From Rhizobium sp. Q54 (GTDB lineage Bacteria > Pseudomonadota > Alphaproteobacteria > UBA2966 > CAIVPW01), in the NCBI GenBank assembly GCA_945947575.1, contig CAMEYM010000019.1, positions 578 to 64,577 of the forward strand: 64,000 bases of DNA, given 5' to 3'. The notes beneath the pieces were generated by a model that saw only the letters and a program-made list of their open reading frames with translations, was not told the DNA's origin and ran no database searches. A program made the translations under genes and the position numbers. Positions 8,916-19,252 of the stretch are shown here, piece after piece. The stretch's first letter is position 1. Each line of letters opens with the position of its first letter.

Positions 8916-9212
8916 TCATTTCCGCGACTCCGCTGCGATCGCCGCCCGCACCGCCGCCTGCGGGGTGTCGATCGGTGCGATGCGAAGCACGGCGTAGATG
9001 CGCCGCTTGGTGCTGCCCTTGATGGGCGCCGACCACGCATAGGCGCGGTTGGTCTTCGGATGATCCGAGATCTGGAAGACCTGCACGTCCCCCTCCCAAA
9101 GTGTCTGGCCCCGGAACGCTTCTTTGACGTGCACGGCTTGCAGCGGCGTGGCGGTGCCGCCGTGCTGGCGTTCGAACGCCTGGGTCAGCTCTTCGATGCT
9201 CGGTTCGGTCAT
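8916..9212 (-). CDS. Hypothetical protein (98 aa)
   Basis: Protein-like composition (WEGDVQVF, RAYAWS) and AT-rich upstream region. Confidence 0.7.
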   Translation of the reverse strand: MTEPSIEELTQAFERQHGGTATPLQAVHVKEAFRGQTLWEGDVQVFQISDHPKTNRAYAWSAPIKGSTKRRIYAVLRIAPIDTPQAAVRAAIAAESRK

Positions 9213-9256
9213 TGTTGTGATTTTGTAACAGAGTCCACCGGGCGGGGAACGCCTCG

Positions 9257-9285
9257 TTGACTATCGACGAAGCGTATGCTACATT
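9257..9285 (+). promoter_or_regulatory. Putative sigma70 promoter for the deacetylase gene
   Basis: TTGACT-N17-TACATT. Confidence 0.55.
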
Positions 9286-9422
9286 ACGTATCAATCCGCC
9301 CAGGGCCACCGGGGTCAGGGTTCGCGCAATCCCGCGCTATTTGCGCGGTGGCCGCCGCCCCCCTCGCGAGTGCCGCCGTGAGCCCTGCGCCCGGTGAAAC
9401 GCCCGTACTAACGGTGACAACG

Positions 9423-10352
9423 GTGACCACCGCGGTCTTCACCCACCCCGACTGCCTGCTCCATCGCATGGAGCCAGGGCACTACGAGTCGCCGCAGCGC
9501 CTCGAAGCGGTGCTGGCCGCCTTGCGCACCCCTGCCTTCGCGTCGCTCGCCTGGCGCGAGGCGCCGGAGGCCTCGCGCGAGGCGCTCGGCCGCGTCCATG
9601 ACCCGCGCTACGTCGATGCCGTCCTCGCCGCGGTGCCGGCCGAAGGTACCGTGCGCATCGATCCCGACACGGCGATGAATGCTGGCACCGGCGTCGCCAT
9701 GCTGCGCGCCGCCGGCGCGGGCACAGCCGCGGTGGATGCCGTCATGGCCGGCGAGGTGCGCAACGCCTTTTGCGCGGTGCGGCCGCCCGGTCATCACGCC
9801 GAACGGGCCCGCGCCATGGGCTTCTGCTTCTTCAACAACATCGCCGTGGCCGCACTGCACGCGCGCACGCACGGCCTGCGCCGGATCGCGGTGATCGACT
9901 TCGACGTCCACCACGGCAACGGCACCCAGCATTCGTTCGAGCCGGACCGCGAGCTGTTCTACGCCAGCACCCACCAGGACCCGTTCTATCCGGGCACCGG
10001 TCACGCCACCGAGCAGGGCGTCGCCGGCAACATCGTCAACGTGCCGGTGCGCGGCGGCTCGGACGGAACGGTCGTGCGGCGCGCCTACGCCGACCTCATC
10101 CTGCCCAAGCTCAACGCATTCGCACCGGAGTTCGTGTTGATCTCGGCGGGGTTCGATGCCCACTACGCCGACCCCCTCGGTGGCTTGGGCCTTACCGAGG
10201 ACGATTACGCCTGGATCACGCGCGAGCTCTGCGCCGTTGCCACCCGCCACGCCGGCAGCCGTGTCGTCTCGGCGCTGGAAGGGGGATACGACCTCGATGC
10301 CCTGGGGGCGTCGGCCGCGGCCCACGTAGCTGCGCTGATGTCCTCGGCGTGA
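9423..10352 (+). CDS. Histone deacetylase family protein
   Basis: RPPGHHA, GFCFFNN, DFDVHHGNGTQ, SAGFDAH and LEGGY motifs. Confidence 0.95.
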   Translation: MTTAVFTHPDCLLHRMEPGHYESPQRLEAVLAALRTPAFASLAWREAPEASREALGRVHDPRYVDAVLAAVPAEGTVRIDPDTAMNAGTGVAMLRAAGAGTAAVDAVMAGEVRNAFCAVRPPGHHAERARAMGFCFFNNIAVAALHARTHGLRRIAVIDFDVHHGNGTQHSFEPDRELFYASTHQDPFYPGTGHATEQGVAGNIVNVPVRGGSDGTVVRRAYADLILPKLNAFAPEFVLISAGFDAHYADPLGGLGLTEDDYAWITRELCAVATRHAGSRVVSALEGGYDLDALGASAAAHVAALMSSA

Positions 10353-10361
10353 TTGGCGCGG

Positions 10362-10389
10362 TTGACCAAGACCAAGATTTAGCTATTGT
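10362..10389 (+). promoter_or_regulatory. Putative promoter/operator of the TA operon
   Basis: TTGACC-N16-TATTGT with tandem ACCAAG-ACCAAG overlapping the -35/spacer. Confidence 0.45.
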
Positions 10390-10417
10390 GGCTCAATCAT
10401 GGACTTCACGGTCTGAA

Positions 10418-10831
10418 ATGGAATACACGCCGCACGACCTCGCTGTCGCATTGGAGCTGAATGCCAAGGCGGTGCGCCACTACATGCGCAAGCAAGGCAT
10501 TCAGGTCGGCAAGGGTCGGCGCCACGTTATCGATCAGACGACCTATGAACGGCTGCTTCGCGAGCTGAGGGCGATTCACGCCTCCGACCCGGCCGCTTGG
10601 TCTTTGGCCGATGCCAAGAATCGTTTCAGCACCGTTGTCACCCTTGCCTTGACCAAGGGGCCGCAACGCGTGCGGCGCCGGGACGAGAGCGTTGTCGTCC
10701 TTGCCGAGTCCGAGTATCGCCGGCTCACCGGGGATCGGCCTTCGTTCAAGCAACACCTGCTGGACGGACCCTCGTTCGAGGGTCTCGATCTGGCCCGCGA
10801 CGAGACTCCGGCGCGTGACGCAGACCTATGA
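10418..10831 (+). CDS. Phd/YefM antitoxin with extra N-terminal HTH-like region
   Basis: C-half WSLADAKNRFSTVVTLALTKGPQRVRRRDESVVVL is Phd-like; ATGA overlap with the PIN gene. Confidence 0.82.
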   Translation: MEYTPHDLAVALELNAKAVRHYMRKQGIQVGKGRRHVIDQTTYERLLRELRAIHASDPAAWSLADAKNRFSTVVTLALTKGPQRVRRRDESVVVLAESEYRRLTGDRPSFKQHLLDGPSFEGLDLARDETPARDADL

Positions 10832-11238
10832 ACGTCCTCGTCGATACGTCGGCGCTTTCCGAGGCGCGCCGGCCCGGCGGCGACCCGCGCATCAAGGCGG
10901 CCCTGGCCGCAATTCCAGAGGACGCCCTGTTTCTCAGCGTGATCACGCTCGGCGAAATCGCCAAGGGGGTCGAGTTGCTGGCGGAAGGCGCGCACCGGCG
11001 TGCCCTTTCGGCATGGCTCCGGACCATCGAGCAGCAGTTCGCGGACCGCTTGTTGGCTATCGACAAGGACGTAGGCGTGCTGTGGGGGGAACTGAGCGCC
11101 CGAGCGCAACGCTCTGGGTACCATGTGGGCGCGCCGGACGGACTGATCGCGGCGACTGCCATGCATCACGGCCTGCGCATTCTGACCCGCAACGTGCGGG
11201 ATCTTGCGCCGCTGGGCGTCCCGGTGGTCGAGGTCTAG
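10828..11238 (+). CDS. vapC: VapC PIN-domain toxin
   Basis: LVDTSALSE, SVITLGEI, DGLIAATA and TRNVRD motifs. Confidence 0.92.
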   Translation: MNVLVDTSALSEARRPGGDPRIKAALAAIPEDALFLSVITLGEIAKGVELLAEGAHRRALSAWLRTIEQQFADRLLAIDKDVGVLWGELSARAQRSGYHVGAPDGLIAATAMHHGLRILTRNVRDLAPLGVPVVEV

Positions 11239-11414
11239 TGAGGCACGCCCGTGCGCCCACGTGAATGGCTGCCATCTCGCTGCGACCGGACCATCAGGTC
11301 CCGGCCCTAGATTTCGACCGGCCGCCGCCCTTGGCAGCCCTTCCGGGCGGCGACTACACTCGGCTCGTTGCGCTGCTTCGGGCCGAGCGGTGACCAGTTA
11401 GCTTGGAGCAAGAC

Positions 11415-11702
11415 ATGGCGCGCGAGCAGAAGACCCAAGACAGTCCGGCCCAACCCATTCACGACGTTCCGGCCGACATCCGCAGCATGACCTTCGAGCG
11501 GGCGCTGGAAGACCTGGAAGAGATCGTCCGCCGCCTCGAAGGCGGCGAGGTCAGCCTGGAGGAGTCGATCGCCACCTACACGCGCGGCACCCAGCTCAAG
11601 CGCCACTGCGAGTCCAAGCTCGAGGCGGCGCGCGAGCAGGTCGAGCGCATCGAACTGCGCCCCGGCGGCGTCATCGCCACGGTGCCGATGGCGACGGACT
11701 GA
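11415..11702 (+). CDS. xseB: Exodeoxyribonuclease VII small subunit
   Basis: MTFERALEDLEEIVRRLEGGEVSLEESI; xseB-ispA-dxs synteny. Confidence 0.95.
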   Translation: MAREQKTQDSPAQPIHDVPADIRSMTFERALEDLEEIVRRLEGGEVSLEESIATYTRGTQLKRHCESKLEAAREQVERIELRPGGVIATVPMATD

Positions 11703-11710
11703 GAGGGCGT

Positions 11711-12622
11711 TTGTCGATCCAGCTCGGCAAGGGCGTCGCCAGCGTCGCGGAGGTGATGACCGCCGCGACGGCGGAGATCGACGGCGTGCTGCAGAACCTG
11801 CTGCCGGAGCCGGCCGGACCCGAGCGCCGCCTCGCCGAGGCGATGCGCTACAGCGTGCTCGCTCCCGGCAAGCGCTTCCGACCCATCCTGGCGCTCGCCA
11901 CCGCCGAGTTGTTCAGCGTGCCGCGCCGCGCCGCGTTGCGCGTCGCCGTCGCCGTCGAACTCGCCCACACCTATTCGTTGGTGCACGACGACCTGCCGTG
12001 CATGGACGACGACGACATGCGCCGCGGCCAGCCGTCGCTGCACAAGAAGTTCGACGAGGCGACCGCTGTGCTGGCGGGCGACGCTTTGCTGCCGCTCGCC
12101 TTCGAGATCATGGCGCACCCCGAGACGCATGCGGACGCCGACGTGCGCCTCGAGCTCGTGCGCGCTCTCGCCGAGGCGGCCGGTCCGCGCGGCATGGTCG
12201 GCGGCCAGATGATCGACCTCATGGTCGAGCACAAGCCGGCCGACATCGGCACCATCACCCGCATGCAGCAGCTGAAGACGGGCGCCCTGATCGCATTTGC
12301 CTGTGAGGCCGGCGCGGTGCTGGGCAAGGCGCCCGCCTCGGCGCGCCAGGCGTTACGCGCCTATGCCCGCGACCTGGGTCTCGCCTTCCAGATCGTCGAT
12401 GACCTCCTCGACGTCGAGGGCTCCCAGGAGGAGACCGGCAAGCGTGTCGGCAAGGACGCCAGCCTCGGCAAGGCCACATTCGTGGCGTTGCTTGGCATCG
12501 ACCGGGCCCGCACCCAGGCTGCTATGCTGGCCGACCAGGCGGTTGCCCACCTCGACGCGTTCGGCGAGCGCAGCGCCTTCCTCAAGCGCCTCGCTCGCTT
12601 TGTCGTGCAGCGGAGCCACTGA
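11711..12622 (+). CDS. ispA: Farnesyl diphosphate synthase
   Basis: GKRFRP, HDDLPCMDDDDMRRG, KTGAL and FQIVDDLLD motifs. Confidence 0.95.
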   Translation: MSIQLGKGVASVAEVMTAATAEIDGVLQNLLPEPAGPERRLAEAMRYSVLAPGKRFRPILALATAELFSVPRRAALRVAVAVELAHTYSLVHDDLPCMDDDDMRRGQPSLHKKFDEATAVLAGDALLPLAFEIMAHPETHADADVRLELVRALAEAAGPRGMVGGQMIDLMVEHKPADIGTITRMQQLKTGALIAFACEAGAVLGKAPASARQALRAYARDLGLAFQIVDDLLDVEGSQEETGKRVGKDASLGKATFVALLGIDRARTQAAMLADQAVAHLDAFGERSAFLKRLARFVVQRSH

Positions 12623-12643
12623 GAGCCATAAGAAGAAGTGCCG

Positions 12644-14563
12644 ATGCCCTACTCACGCCCGACCGACCTGCTCGACACCGTCGCCACGCCCGCCGACCTG
12701 CGCAAGCTCAAGCCGGCGCAGCTGCAGGATCTCGCCGACGAGGTCCGCGGCGAAGTGGTGCGTGCCGTGTCGCGCACCGGCGGCCACCTGGGCGCCGGGC
12801 TCGGCGTCATCGAGCTGACGGTGGCGCTGCACTATGTCTTCGACACGCCGCGCGACCGTCTCATCTGGGACGTCGGCCACCAGGCCCACGCCCACAAGAT
12901 CCTCACCGGCCGGCGTAGCCGCATCAACAGCATGCGCCAGCCCGGCGGCCTGTCGGGCTTCACCAAGCGCGACGAGAGCGAGTACGACCCGTTCGGCGCC
13001 GCGCACTCGTCCACGTCCATCTCCGCCGGCCTCGGCATGGCGGTGGCGCGCGACCTGTCGGGCGGCGACCACAACGTGGTGTGCGTCATCGGCGACGGCG
13101 CCATGACTGCCGGCATGGCCTACGAGGCGATGAACAACGCCGGCGCCATGGCGTCGCGGCTCATCGTCATCCTCAACGACAACGACATGTCGATCTCGCG
13201 CAACGTCGGCTCGATGCGCGCGTACCTTTCGCGCCTGATCTCGTCGCGCCAGTACCGCGGCTTCCGCACCATGGCCAAGCGCGTCGCCGACCGTTTGCCG
13301 CGCACGGTGCGCAACGCCGCCCGCCGCGCCGAGGAGTACGCGCGCGGCATGGCCACCGGCGGCACGCTGTTCGAGGAGCTCGGCTTCTATTACGTCGGCC
13401 CGCTCGACGGCCACAACATCGACCAACTGCTGCCGGTGCTGCAGAACGTGCGTGACTTCCGTGGGCCGGGCCCGGTGCTCATCCACGTGCGCACCCAGAA
13501 GGGCCGCGGCTACAAGCCGGCCGAAGACTCGGCGGACAAGTTCCACGGCGTCGGCAAGTTCGACGTCGTCACCGGCACCCAGGTTCCGGCCAAATCCGGC
13601 CCGCCGACCTACACCAATGTCTTTGCCGACCAGTTGATTGCCCAGGCCGAGCGCGACCCGCGCATCGTCGCCATCACCGCGGCGATGCCGGCCGGCACCG
13701 GGCTGCACAAGTTCGCCGAGCGCTTTCCCGATCGCTGCTTCGATGTCGGTATCGCCGAGCAGCATGCGGTGACCTTCGCCGCCGGCCTTGCCGCCGAAGG
13801 CTACAAGCCGTTCGCCGCCATCTATTCGACCTTCCTGCAGCGCGCCTACGACCAGGTCGTCCACGACGTCGCGTTGCAGAAGCTGCCGGTGCGCTTCGCC
13901 ATCGACCGTGCCGGTTTGGTCGGCGCCGACGGCGCCACCCATGCCGGCGCCTACGACGTCGGCATGCTCGCGGCACTCCCCAACTTCGTGCTGATGGCGC
14001 CGGCCGACGAGGCCGAGCTCGCCCGCATGATCGCCACCTCCGTCGCCATCGACGACCGCCCCAGCGCCTTCCGCTATCCGCGCGGCGAGGCGACCGGCGT
14101 CGCCGTTCCCTCCAACCCCGAGCCCCTCGAGATCGGTCGCGGTCGCGTCGTGCGCGAGGGCACCGCCGTCGCGCTGCTGTCGCTCGGCACCCGACTCGGC
14201 GAATGCCTGCGTGCCGCCGACGAGCTCGCCGCGCTTGGTCTCTCCACCACGGTCGCCGACGCGCGCTTCGCCAAGCCCGTCGATGCCGAGCTCATCCGCC
14301 GCCTGGCGCAGTCGCATCCGGTGCTGGTGACGGTGGAGGAGGCCGCCATCGGCGGCTTCGCCGCGCAGGTGCTCGACGTGCTCGCCCGCGACGGCCTGCT
14401 CGAGTCGCACCTCAAGGTGCGCACGCTGTTCCTGCCCGACCGCTTCATCGACCACGACACGCCGGCGGCGCAGATCGCCGAAGCCGGGCTGAACGCCGCC
14501 TCGATCGTCAACGCTGCCGTCGCCGCGCTCGGCGACGCGGGGATGCGCGCCGCGCGCGCCTAG
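12644..14563 (+). CDS. dxs: 1-deoxy-D-xylulose-5-phosphate synthase
   Basis: [25 protein letters not shown] and DGATH motifs. Confidence 0.97.
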   Translation: MPYSRPTDLLDTVATPADLRKLKPAQLQDLADEVRGEVVRAVSRTGGHLGAGLGVIELTVALHYVFDTPRDRLIWDVGHQAHAHKILTGRRSRINSMRQPGGLSGFTKRDESEYDPFGAAHSSTSISAGLGMAVARDLSGGDHNVVCVIGDGAMTAGMAYEAMNNAGAMASRLIVILNDNDMSISRNVGSMRAYLSRLISSRQYRGFRTMAKRVADRLPRTVRNAARRAEEYARGMATGGTLFEELGFYYVGPLDGHNIDQLLPVLQNVRDFRGPGPVLIHVRTQKGRGYKPAEDSADKFHGVGKFDVVTGTQVPAKSGPPTYTNVFADQLIAQAERDPRIVAITAAMPAGTGLHKFAERFPDRCFDVGIAEQHAVTFAAGLAAEGYKPFAAIYSTFLQRAYDQVVHDVALQKLPVRFAIDRAGLVGADGATHAGAYDVGMLAALPNFVLMAPADEAELARMIATSVAIDDRPSAFRYPRGEATGVAVPSNPEPLEIGRGRVVREGTAVALLSLGTRLGECLRAADELAALGLSTTVADARFAKPVDAELIRRLAQSHPVLVTVEEAAIGGFAAQVLDVLARDGLLESHLKVRTLFLPDRFIDHDTPAAQIAEAGLNAASIVNAAVAALGDAGMRAARA

Positions 14564-14568
14564 AGTCT

Positions 14569-15306
14569 GTGAAGACAAAGGCACGTCTCGACCAGCTCCT
14601 GGTCGACCGCGGCCTCGCCGAGACCAAGTCCAAGGCCCACGCGCTGGTGCTCGCCGGCGTCGTCTTCAGCGGCGAGCAGCGCCTCGACAAGCCCGGCCAC
14701 ATGGTGCCGCCCGACACCGAGATCGAGGTGCGCGGCGCGCCGCACCCGTGGGTCAGCCGCGGCGGCGTCAAGCTCGCGCACGGCCTCGCGCACTTCGGCG
14801 TCGATCCCTCGGCCAAGGTCTGCCTCGACGTCGGCGCTTCCACCGGCGGCTTCACCGACGTGCTGCTGCAGGGCGGCGCCGCCAAGGTCTATGCCGTGGA
14901 CGTCGGCCGCGGCCAGCTCGACTGGAAGCTCCGCAACGACCCGCGCGTCGTCGTCCTCGAAGGCGTCAACGCGCGCTCGCTGTACTCCGCCCATGTGCCT
15001 GAGCCGGTTGACTTGGTCGTCTGCGACGCCAGCTTCATCGGCCTGGAGGTCGTTCTGCCCGCCGCACTCGCTCTCGCCAAACCCGCCGCCACCCTGATCG
15101 CGCTCATCAAGCCGCAGTTCGAAGTGGGGCCCGAGCGCGTAGGGAAGGGCGGTGTCGTGCGCGACCCGGCATTGCACGACGAGGTCACCGCGCGCATCTC
15201 TGCGTGGCTTGCTGGACTCGGTTGGCGAGTGCTCGGTGTCAGCCCAAGCCCGCTGCTCGGCCCGGCCGGCAACCGCGAGTTCCTGATCGGTGCCACCCGT
15301 GGCTGA
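14569..15306 (+). CDS. tlyA: TlyA family rRNA methyltransferase
   Basis: S4 domain RLDQLLV, VSRGGVKL, DVGASTGGFTD and KPQFE motifs. Confidence 0.95.
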   Translation: MKTKARLDQLLVDRGLAETKSKAHALVLAGVVFSGEQRLDKPGHMVPPDTEIEVRGAPHPWVSRGGVKLAHGLAHFGVDPSAKVCLDVGASTGGFTDVLLQGGAAKVYAVDVGRGQLDWKLRNDPRVVVLEGVNARSLYSAHVPEPVDLVVCDASFIGLEVVLPAALALAKPAATLIALIKPQFEVGPERVGKGGVVRDPALHDEVTARISAWLAGLGWRVLGVSPSPLLGPAGNREFLIGATRG

Positions 15307-16588
15307 GCTCGAAGTCACCATCGACTCCGTCGGCGCCCAAGGCGACGGCATTGCCGAGACACCCCAGGGCCGCGTCTTCGTCCCCTTCACCGTGCCCGGC
15401 GACCGTGTCCGCATCCGCGCGGTCGCGCAGGGAGGCGCGCCTTCGCGCGACGGCGAGCGTGCCGAGCTGCTGGACATTGTCTCGTCGAGCGCCCAGCGCG
15501 TCGGCCCCGCCTGTGCCCACTTTGGCGAGTGCGGCGGCTGCGACCTGCAGCACTGGCAGACCGCAGAGGTTCTCGCCTGGAAGCGCCAGCAGATCGAGGT
15601 GACGCTCGCCCATCGCGGCCTCACCACCGCGATCGCCCCCGCCGTCGCCACGCCGCCGCGCGAACGCCGCCGTGCTCGTCTCGCCCTGCGCCGCGTCGCG
15701 CCGGGGCGCGCGCATTCGCGCGACGGCGACCAGATGCTGCTCGGCTTCCACGCCCGCCAAAGCCACCGCATCGTCGATGTGCAGCAATGCCCCGTGCTCA
15801 ACGAACGTCTGGCGGCGGCGCTGCCCGCGCTGCGCCAACTCGGCCCCATGCTGTTGCGCCGAGACGGCGACCTGGTGCTCGAGGTGACCGACACCGAGGG
15901 CGGCATCGACCTCGTCATCGAGCGGGCGGGGGAACCGAATACCGCTCTGCGCGGCGAGCTCGCACACTTCGCGCGCCAGCGCCGATTCGCCCGCATCTCG
16001 TGGCGTGGCGAACAGGACTCCGAGCTGATCGCCATGCTCGCCGCCCCCGTCATCCGTTTCGGCGGCGTGCCGGTCGAGCTGCCGGCCGGCGCCTTCGTGC
16101 AGGCCAGTCCAACCGCAGAGGCTGCATTGCTTGCAGAGGTGCGCATCGCCGCCACCGGCGCCAAGCGCATCGCCGACCTCTACGCCGGCTGCGGCGCCTT
16201 CTCCCTGCCGCTCGCCGCATCTGCTGCCGTGCATGCCGTCGAAGGTCACGCCGAGTCGGCCAAGGCTTTGGACAAGGCGGCGCGCCAAGCGGTCGCGCGC
16301 CTCACCGTCGAGCATCGCGATCTCGACCGGCGTCCGCTGCAGGGCGATGAACTGAAGAAGCTCGACCTTGTGGTGCTCGACCCGCCGCGCGCCGGCGCGC
16401 GTGTCCAATGCGAGGTGCTGGCGCGCAGCAAGGTGCCCACGATCGCCTACGTGTCGTGCAACCCCGCCACCTTCGCGCGCGATGCGCGCCTACTGGTGGA
16501 CGGTGGCTATCGCTTGGAGAAGGTCGTGCCGGTAGACCAGTTCCTGTGGTCCGCCCACGTCGAGCTGGTTGCCGTGTTGCGCCGCTAG
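15290..16588 (+). CDS. rlmD: 23S rRNA (uracil-5)-methyltransferase, TrmA/RlmD family
   Basis: TRAM-like N-terminus, CAHFGECGGC Fe-S motif, DPPRAG and YVSCNP motifs. Confidence 0.88.
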   Translation: MPPVAELEVTIDSVGAQGDGIAETPQGRVFVPFTVPGDRVRIRAVAQGGAPSRDGERAELLDIVSSSAQRVGPACAHFGECGGCDLQHWQTAEVLAWKRQQIEVTLAHRGLTTAIAPAVATPPRERRRARLALRRVAPGRAHSRDGDQMLLGFHARQSHRIVDVQQCPVLNERLAAALPALRQLGPMLLRRDGDLVLEVTDTEGGIDLVIERAGEPNTALRGELAHFARQRRFARISWRGEQDSELIAMLAAPVIRFGGVPVELPAGAFVQASPTAEAALLAEVRIAATGAKRIADLYAGCGAFSLPLAASAAVHAVEGHAESAKALDKAARQAVARLTVEHRDLDRRPLQGDELKKLDLVVLDPPRAGARVQCEVLARSKVPTIAYVSCNPATFARDARLLVDGGYRLEKVVPVDQFLWSAHVELVAVLRR

Positions 16589-17178
16589 CCTTTGAACTTC
16601 GTGACCCGGTACAGGTACACGGCGATCAGGAAGGCGACGACCGCGGTCGACATCGGGTTGAACCAGTGGTGGATGCGTTCGTACTCGTCGGCCAGCCAGA
16701 ACGCGAGACCGGCCAGAACCGAGTTCCACACCGTCGCGCCGAGCGCGGTCCACAGGACGAACTTCCGCATCGGCATCTCTGCGATGCCCGCCGGTAGCGA
16801 GATGAACACGCGGATCTGCGGGATGAGGCGGCCGAAGAACACGGCCTGGGTGCCATGGCGGTCGAACCAGCGCTGTGCGCCGTCCACCTGCTCCGGCGTC
16901 AGCGTGAGCCAGCGTCCATGCCGCTCGGCGAAGTGGCGCACGCGCTCGCGGCCCAACGCCAATCCGCCGCCATACCAAAGGAACGCGCCGAGCAGGGAGC
17001 CGAGCGTGCCGGCCAGCACGACCCCGACGATGTGCAGATCGCCCTGGCGCGCCATCAGCCCGCCCACCGGCATGATCAGTTCGGAGGGAATGGGCGGAAT
17101 GACGGCCTCCAACAGCATCAGGAGCACGATGCTGAAGTACCCGCCTTCTTCCATGAACGCGCTGATCCAGTTGACCAC
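16585..17178 (-). CDS. DedA family membrane protein
   Basis: EAVIPPIPSELIMP and FFGRLIPQIRVFISLPAG; GTG start abuts the aroC stop. Confidence 0.92.
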   Translation of the reverse strand: MVNWISAFMEEGGYFSIVLLMLLEAVIPPIPSELIMPVGGLMARQGDLHIVGVVLAGTLGSLLGAFLWYGGGLALGRERVRHFAERHGRWLTLTPEQVDGAQRWFDRHGTQAVFFGRLIPQIRVFISLPAGIAEMPMRKFVLWTALGATVWNSVLAGLAFWLADEYERIHHWFNPMSTAVVAFLIAVYLYRVTKFKG

Positions 17179-18278
17179 TACGACCCGGACGTGGGCGCTA
17201 CGCCAACCTGGGCGCGGTGCAGCAGCATCTGGTCGGCAAGCACGCAGGCCATCATGGCCTCGCCGATCGGCACGGCGCGGATGCCGACGCATGGGTCGTG
17301 GCGGCCCTTGGTGCTGACCTCGACCTCGTCGCCGCCGGAGGTCACCGTCTTGCGCGGCGTGAGAATGCTCGAGGTCGGTTTGACGGCGAACCGCACGACG
17401 ACGTCCTGGCCGCTCGAAATGCCGCCGAGAATGCCGCCGGCATGGTTGGACAGGAACGTCACGTCACTGCCGTCCTTCGGCGCGACGCGCATCTCGTCGG
17501 AGTTCTGCTCGCCGCGCAGCTTGGCGGCGGCGAAGCCCGCGCCGATCTCAACGGCCTTCACCGCGTTGATGCTCATCATCGCGGCCGCGAGTTCACTATC
17601 GAGCTTGGCGTAGATGGGCGCGCCCCAACCGGGCGGCACGCCTTCCGCCACCACCTCGATGATGGCGCCGACCGAGGAGCCCGCCTTGCGCACTTCGTCG
17701 AGGTACGACTCCCAGCGCTGCGCCATCGTGGCGTCGGGGCAGAAGAACGGGTTCTGCGCGACCTGGTTCCAGTCCCAGCGGGCGCGATCGATGGCGTGCT
17801 CGCCGACCTGGATCAGCGCGCCGCGGATGCGCACGCCGCTGCCGAGTACCTTGCGCGCCACCGCGCCGGCCGCGACGCGTGCGGCGGTCTCGCGCGCTGA
17901 GGCGCGGCCCGAGCCGCGGTAGTCGCGGATGCCGTACTTCTGGTCGTAGGTGTAGTCGGCGTGGCCGGGCCGGTACTTGTCCTTGATGTCGCCGTAGTCC
18001 TTCGAGCGCGCATCGACATTCTCGATCAGGATCGAGATCGGCGTGCCGGTGGTCTGGCCCTCGAAGGTGCCCGACAAGATCTTCACCTGGTCCGGCTCCT
18101 TGCGCTGGGTGACAAAGCGCGAGGTGCCCGGCATGCGCTTGTCCATGAAGGGCTGGATGTCGGCCTCGGTGAGGCCCAGGCGCGGCGGGCAGCCATCGAC
18201 GACGACGCCGAGCGCCGGCCCGTGGCTCTCGCCCCAGGTGGTGAAGCGGAAGACGTGGCCGAATGTGTTGAACGACAT
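17178..18278 (-). CDS. aroC: Chorismate synthase
   Basis: GESHG, RPGHAD, SARET and RHDPCV motifs. Confidence 0.97.
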   Translation of the reverse strand: MSFNTFGHVFRFTTWGESHGPALGVVVDGCPPRLGLTEADIQPFMDKRMPGTSRFVTQRKEPDQVKILSGTFEGQTTGTPISILIENVDARSKDYGDIKDKYRPGHADYTYDQKYGIRDYRGSGRASARETAARVAAGAVARKVLGSGVRIRGALIQVGEHAIDRARWDWNQVAQNPFFCPDATMAQRWESYLDEVRKAGSSVGAIIEVVAEGVPPGWGAPIYAKLDSELAAAMMSINAVKAVEIGAGFAAAKLRGEQNSDEMRVAPKDGSDVTFLSNHAGGILGGISSGQDVVVRFAVKPTSSILTPRKTVTSGGDEVEVSTKGRHDPCVGIRAVPIGEAMMACVLADQMLLHRAQVGVAPTSGS

Positions 18279-18285
18279 GGGCCGA

Positions 18286-19107
18286 CTAGTGGTCCGAGGC
18301 TACGGCGATGTCCGGCGCATCGACACGCTTCATGCCCTGGACGTGGTAGCCCGAGTCGACGTGATGCACCTCGCCGGTCACGCCGCGCGACAGGTCGCTG
18401 AGCAGATAGAGAGCCGCGCCGCCGACGTCCTCGATGGTGACGTTGCGCTTGAGCGCCGAGTTGAGCTCGTTCCACTTGAGGATGTAGCGGAAGTCGCCGA
18501 TGCCGGAGGACGCCAGCGTCTTGATCGGTCCCGCCGAGATCGCGTTGACGCGAATGTTGTTGCCGCCGAGGTCCATGGCGAGATAGCGCACCGACGCCTC
18601 CAAAGCGGCCTTGGCGACGCCCATGACGTTGTAATGCGGCATGACCTTCTCGGCGCCGAAGTAGCTGAGCGTCAGCAAGCTGCCGCCGTTCGGCATCATC
18701 TTCTCGGCGCGCTGCGCCATGGCGGTGAACGAGTAGCAGCTCGTCGCCATCGTGACGGTGAAGTTGTCGGCGGTGGTGTCGACGTAGCGGCCCTTGAGCT
18801 CGTCCTTGTCGGAGTACGCGATGGCGTGCACGACGAAATCGAGGCTCGGCCAGTCGGCCGCCACTGCGGCGAACGTGCGGTCGAGCTGGTCCGCCTTGGT
18901 CGCGTCGCACAGGTAGACACGCTTGGATCCAAGCTGATCCGCGAGCGGCCGCACGCGCTTCTCGAGTGCCTCGTTGTACGCGGTGAACGCCATCTCGGCG
19001 CCGTGCGCGGCCAGCGTCTTGGCGATGCCCCAGGCAAGGGACCGCTCGTTGGCGAGCCCGACGATGAGGCCGCGCTTGCCGGCCATCAGGGCTGCGGGCT
19101 CCGTCAT
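18286..19107 (-). CDS. fabI: Enoyl-ACP reductase
   Basis: [19 protein letters not shown] and AGPIKTLA motifs. Confidence 0.96.
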   Translation of the reverse strand: MTEPAALMAGKRGLIVGLANERSLAWGIAKTLAAHGAEMAFTAYNEALEKRVRPLADQLGSKRVYLCDATKADQLDRTFAAVAADWPSLDFVVHAIAYSDKDELKGRYVDTTADNFTVTMATSCYSFTAMAQRAEKMMPNGGSLLTLSYFGAEKVMPHYNVMGVAKAALEASVRYLAMDLGGNNIRVNAISAGPIKTLASSGIGDFRYILKWNELNSALKRNVTIEDVGGAALYLLSDLSRGVTGEVHHVDSGYHVQGMKRVDAPDIAVASDH

Positions 19108-19252
19108 GCAACGCTCCTCGTCGTGTTGGGAAAGAACGGCGCGCGCCGCCGCACCGAAGGTGCGCTCCGCGCGGCAGCGTACATACGGCGCGGCGCGCGC
19201 ATCCTACACAGGTTCCTTGTCTTGCGCGCCTGCGGCGCGACGCGGCGGGCGG

